Assembly: GCF_963506605.1 (NCBI RefSeq)
Contig: NC_083288.1
Span: 28,396,001 to 28,460,000 of the forward strand
Origin: Zootoca vivipara
Lineage: Eukaryota
Length of the DNA: 64,000 nucleotides
Reading direction: 5' to 3'
In this document: piece after piece, positions 62,137 to 64,000 of the stretch
Numbering within the stretch: the stretch's first letter is position 1
Layout: every line of letters begins with the position of its first letter
Made by a program: the position numbers and the translations under genes
The notes under the pieces: model-generated
Seen by the model: the letters and a program-made list of their open reading frames with translations, nothing else
Databases searched by the model: none
What the model was told of the DNA's origin: nothing

Positions 62137-62771
62137 TTCTGCCTGGTTCCCTGTAGCTTTACTTCTTGCATTGAGGGGAGTACTAGAAAGCCCTCGGTGC
62201 TGGAACTCAGTGTCTGGGCTGAATGATGGGAGTGGAGATGTTCCTTCAGGTATACAGGGCCGAGGTCATTTAGGGCTTTAAAGGTTAGCACCAGCACTTG
62301 CAATTGTGCTCAGAAACATACTGGGAACCAGCATAGATCCTTTAGGCCCCGGCAGCTGCTCCCAGTCACCAGTCTGGCTGCTTCAGTCTGGATTAGTTGT
62401 AATTTTTGATTCAAAGGTAGCCCCATATAGAGAGCATTGCAGTAGTCCAAGCAGGAGATATCCAGAACATGCACCACTCTGGTGAGACAGTGAGCAGACA
62501 GGTAAGATGAGCCAGTGTACCAGATGGAGCTGGTAGACAGCTGCCCTGTACACAGAGTCGGCTGCACCTCCATGGAGGACTCCATGGGCACAGTTACCCC
62601 ATTCAGGACCAGGTAATCCCCCACACCTGCCCTCACCATGTTCTCCAGAAACAATACTTCTGTCTTGTTGAGGTTCAACCTCAATCCATTAGCTGCCACC
62701 CATCCTCCAACTGCCTCCACACAGGATATTCACCGCCTTCCCTGGTTCTGATTTAAAAGAGAGGTAGAGCT
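62137..62771 (-). mobile_element. L2-clade LINE fragment (older, internally deleted)
   Basis: GGWVAANGLRLNLNKTEVL..CLDYCNALYMGLP on the minus strand. Confidence 0.85.
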
Positions 62772-64000
62772 TTAAAAGTGCTGCTTTTAAAGTAAGTACA
62801 GGCTCTCAAGTCATAGATCTAAATCCATTAAACTATTTATGAACATTTATGAAAATTAGAACTCTACGCTTAACCAAATACAGAAGTGTTAACCGAACAA
62901 GGGTTAACCTTCATGCCATCATTACTGACTCAAATTAGACTAAACTGGATAAATTAATACCAAGGGAATACTTTAGAGCAAAACCAAGGCAGAAGTTCAT
63001 TTAAGACTTTAATGTTTCCTTTAACCCCTTTACACCCACCCACACCCACACCAGCCAGTTGTGTCAGGTTGGAGAGACTACCTGCTAACTAATTACACAT
63101 TAGTAGATGCACTCATCGGTGTGTCTTCAGAAAGCCATGGGACTTTATTTAAAGGAAAGACATCTACAGCATCTAGCCACTGGAAAAAAGAATACGACAA
63201 GCAAGCTGACTGTTACAATTGGGCCATAGACAAAATGAAGGCACGTGCATTATTAGATTTATTCACAGAACAAAAAAAATTGAAGCCAGCAACATAGCTA
63301 CCTATGTAACTATCATGCTTGATTCTGGAACGATTTAAAGCAAATGTGAGTAGAAAATTATCAGACCTTGTGTGTTCAGTGATGCACAAATACCAAATGT
63401 AATAATGGCCTTATTTATCTAATCAGTCTTGTTGCTAAATTGTTTGTTTTTGTGCTTTTTATTTATTGGGGGAACATTAATGGGACTTATACTGGTAAAT
63501 ATTCATTTCAATTTAAAGCATAGGGAACAGATTTAATTTAATTGCTTGTTTCTTTTATTTTCTCTCCCATATCCCCATTCAATTGATTTTTTTCCTCATG
63601 GAAAATTGTTCAATTCAGGTTGCAGTTCTCAGACAGGAGCTCCTGAATTAGAACTTCTATCATCCGTAGCTAGGAAAGCTAGTGGTCAAGGATGATGGGA
63701 ACTGTAGTCCAAAATCAGCTGGAGTCCCAAGGTTGGGAAACACTTCTGTAGAGGGAAGTGAGTGGATTTCTTCAAGAGAATAAACAGCTAAGGAGTAAAC
63801 ACTACACAAATCTGGAGTGGAGTGCCTAAGACGGTTGGATGGCATCTTGTTGCCTCGTTCCGGCAACTCCTGCTTTCCTTTGGACCACATCAGTGAGGCC
63901 AAGAGAGGGTATTGCCATCTGCAGAGCCCAGGACCTCCAGACACACTGCCTAGGCTTGCTCTCTGTTGGGATTAGGGATCCTACCTTCGCTTGGTCAGGC

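Noticed and set aside
63061-63297. 78-aa ORF vaguely like an L1 ORF2 C-terminus
   Set aside because: Too degenerate; no TSD or diagnostic motif could be confirmed.

Overview
Vertebrate (squamate, probably lacertid lizard) genomic DNA holding a class II olfactory receptor (OR) gene cluster. There are ten OR coding regions: nine complete and one running off the left edge. Five are family-6-like (OR6B1-, OR6Y1- and OR6A2/I7-like), three are MAYDRF-type family 5/9-like and two are family-11-like. No frameshifts or internal stops were seen. The intergenic DNA is rich in L2, L1, CR1 and Penelope retroelement fragments, Sauria and other tRNA-derived SINEs, Tc1/mariner-type and hAT-type MITEs and microsatellites, with two assembly gaps. 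Main observations: (1) two ORs lack an ATG at the usual position, but each has an upstream in-frame phase-0 mini-exon supplying it (ATG|GTAAGT at 13048; ATG GTA TCA GTC AAT GCG|GTAAGT at 59944-59927). (2) A 19/21 match to the mouse H-element homeodomain 21-mer, as recalled, at 44862. (3) A helically phased natural multimer of TAAT homeodomain sites at 12563-12599. (4) A probable gene-conversion tract between the ORs at 39656 and 46112. (5) A Penelope insertion with inverted pseudo-LTRs, hammerhead-like motifs and a 15-bp TSD. Family and ortholog names come from recalled protein motifs, not database searches. I found no evidence for a wholly new biological system beyond these gene-structure and regulatory features.
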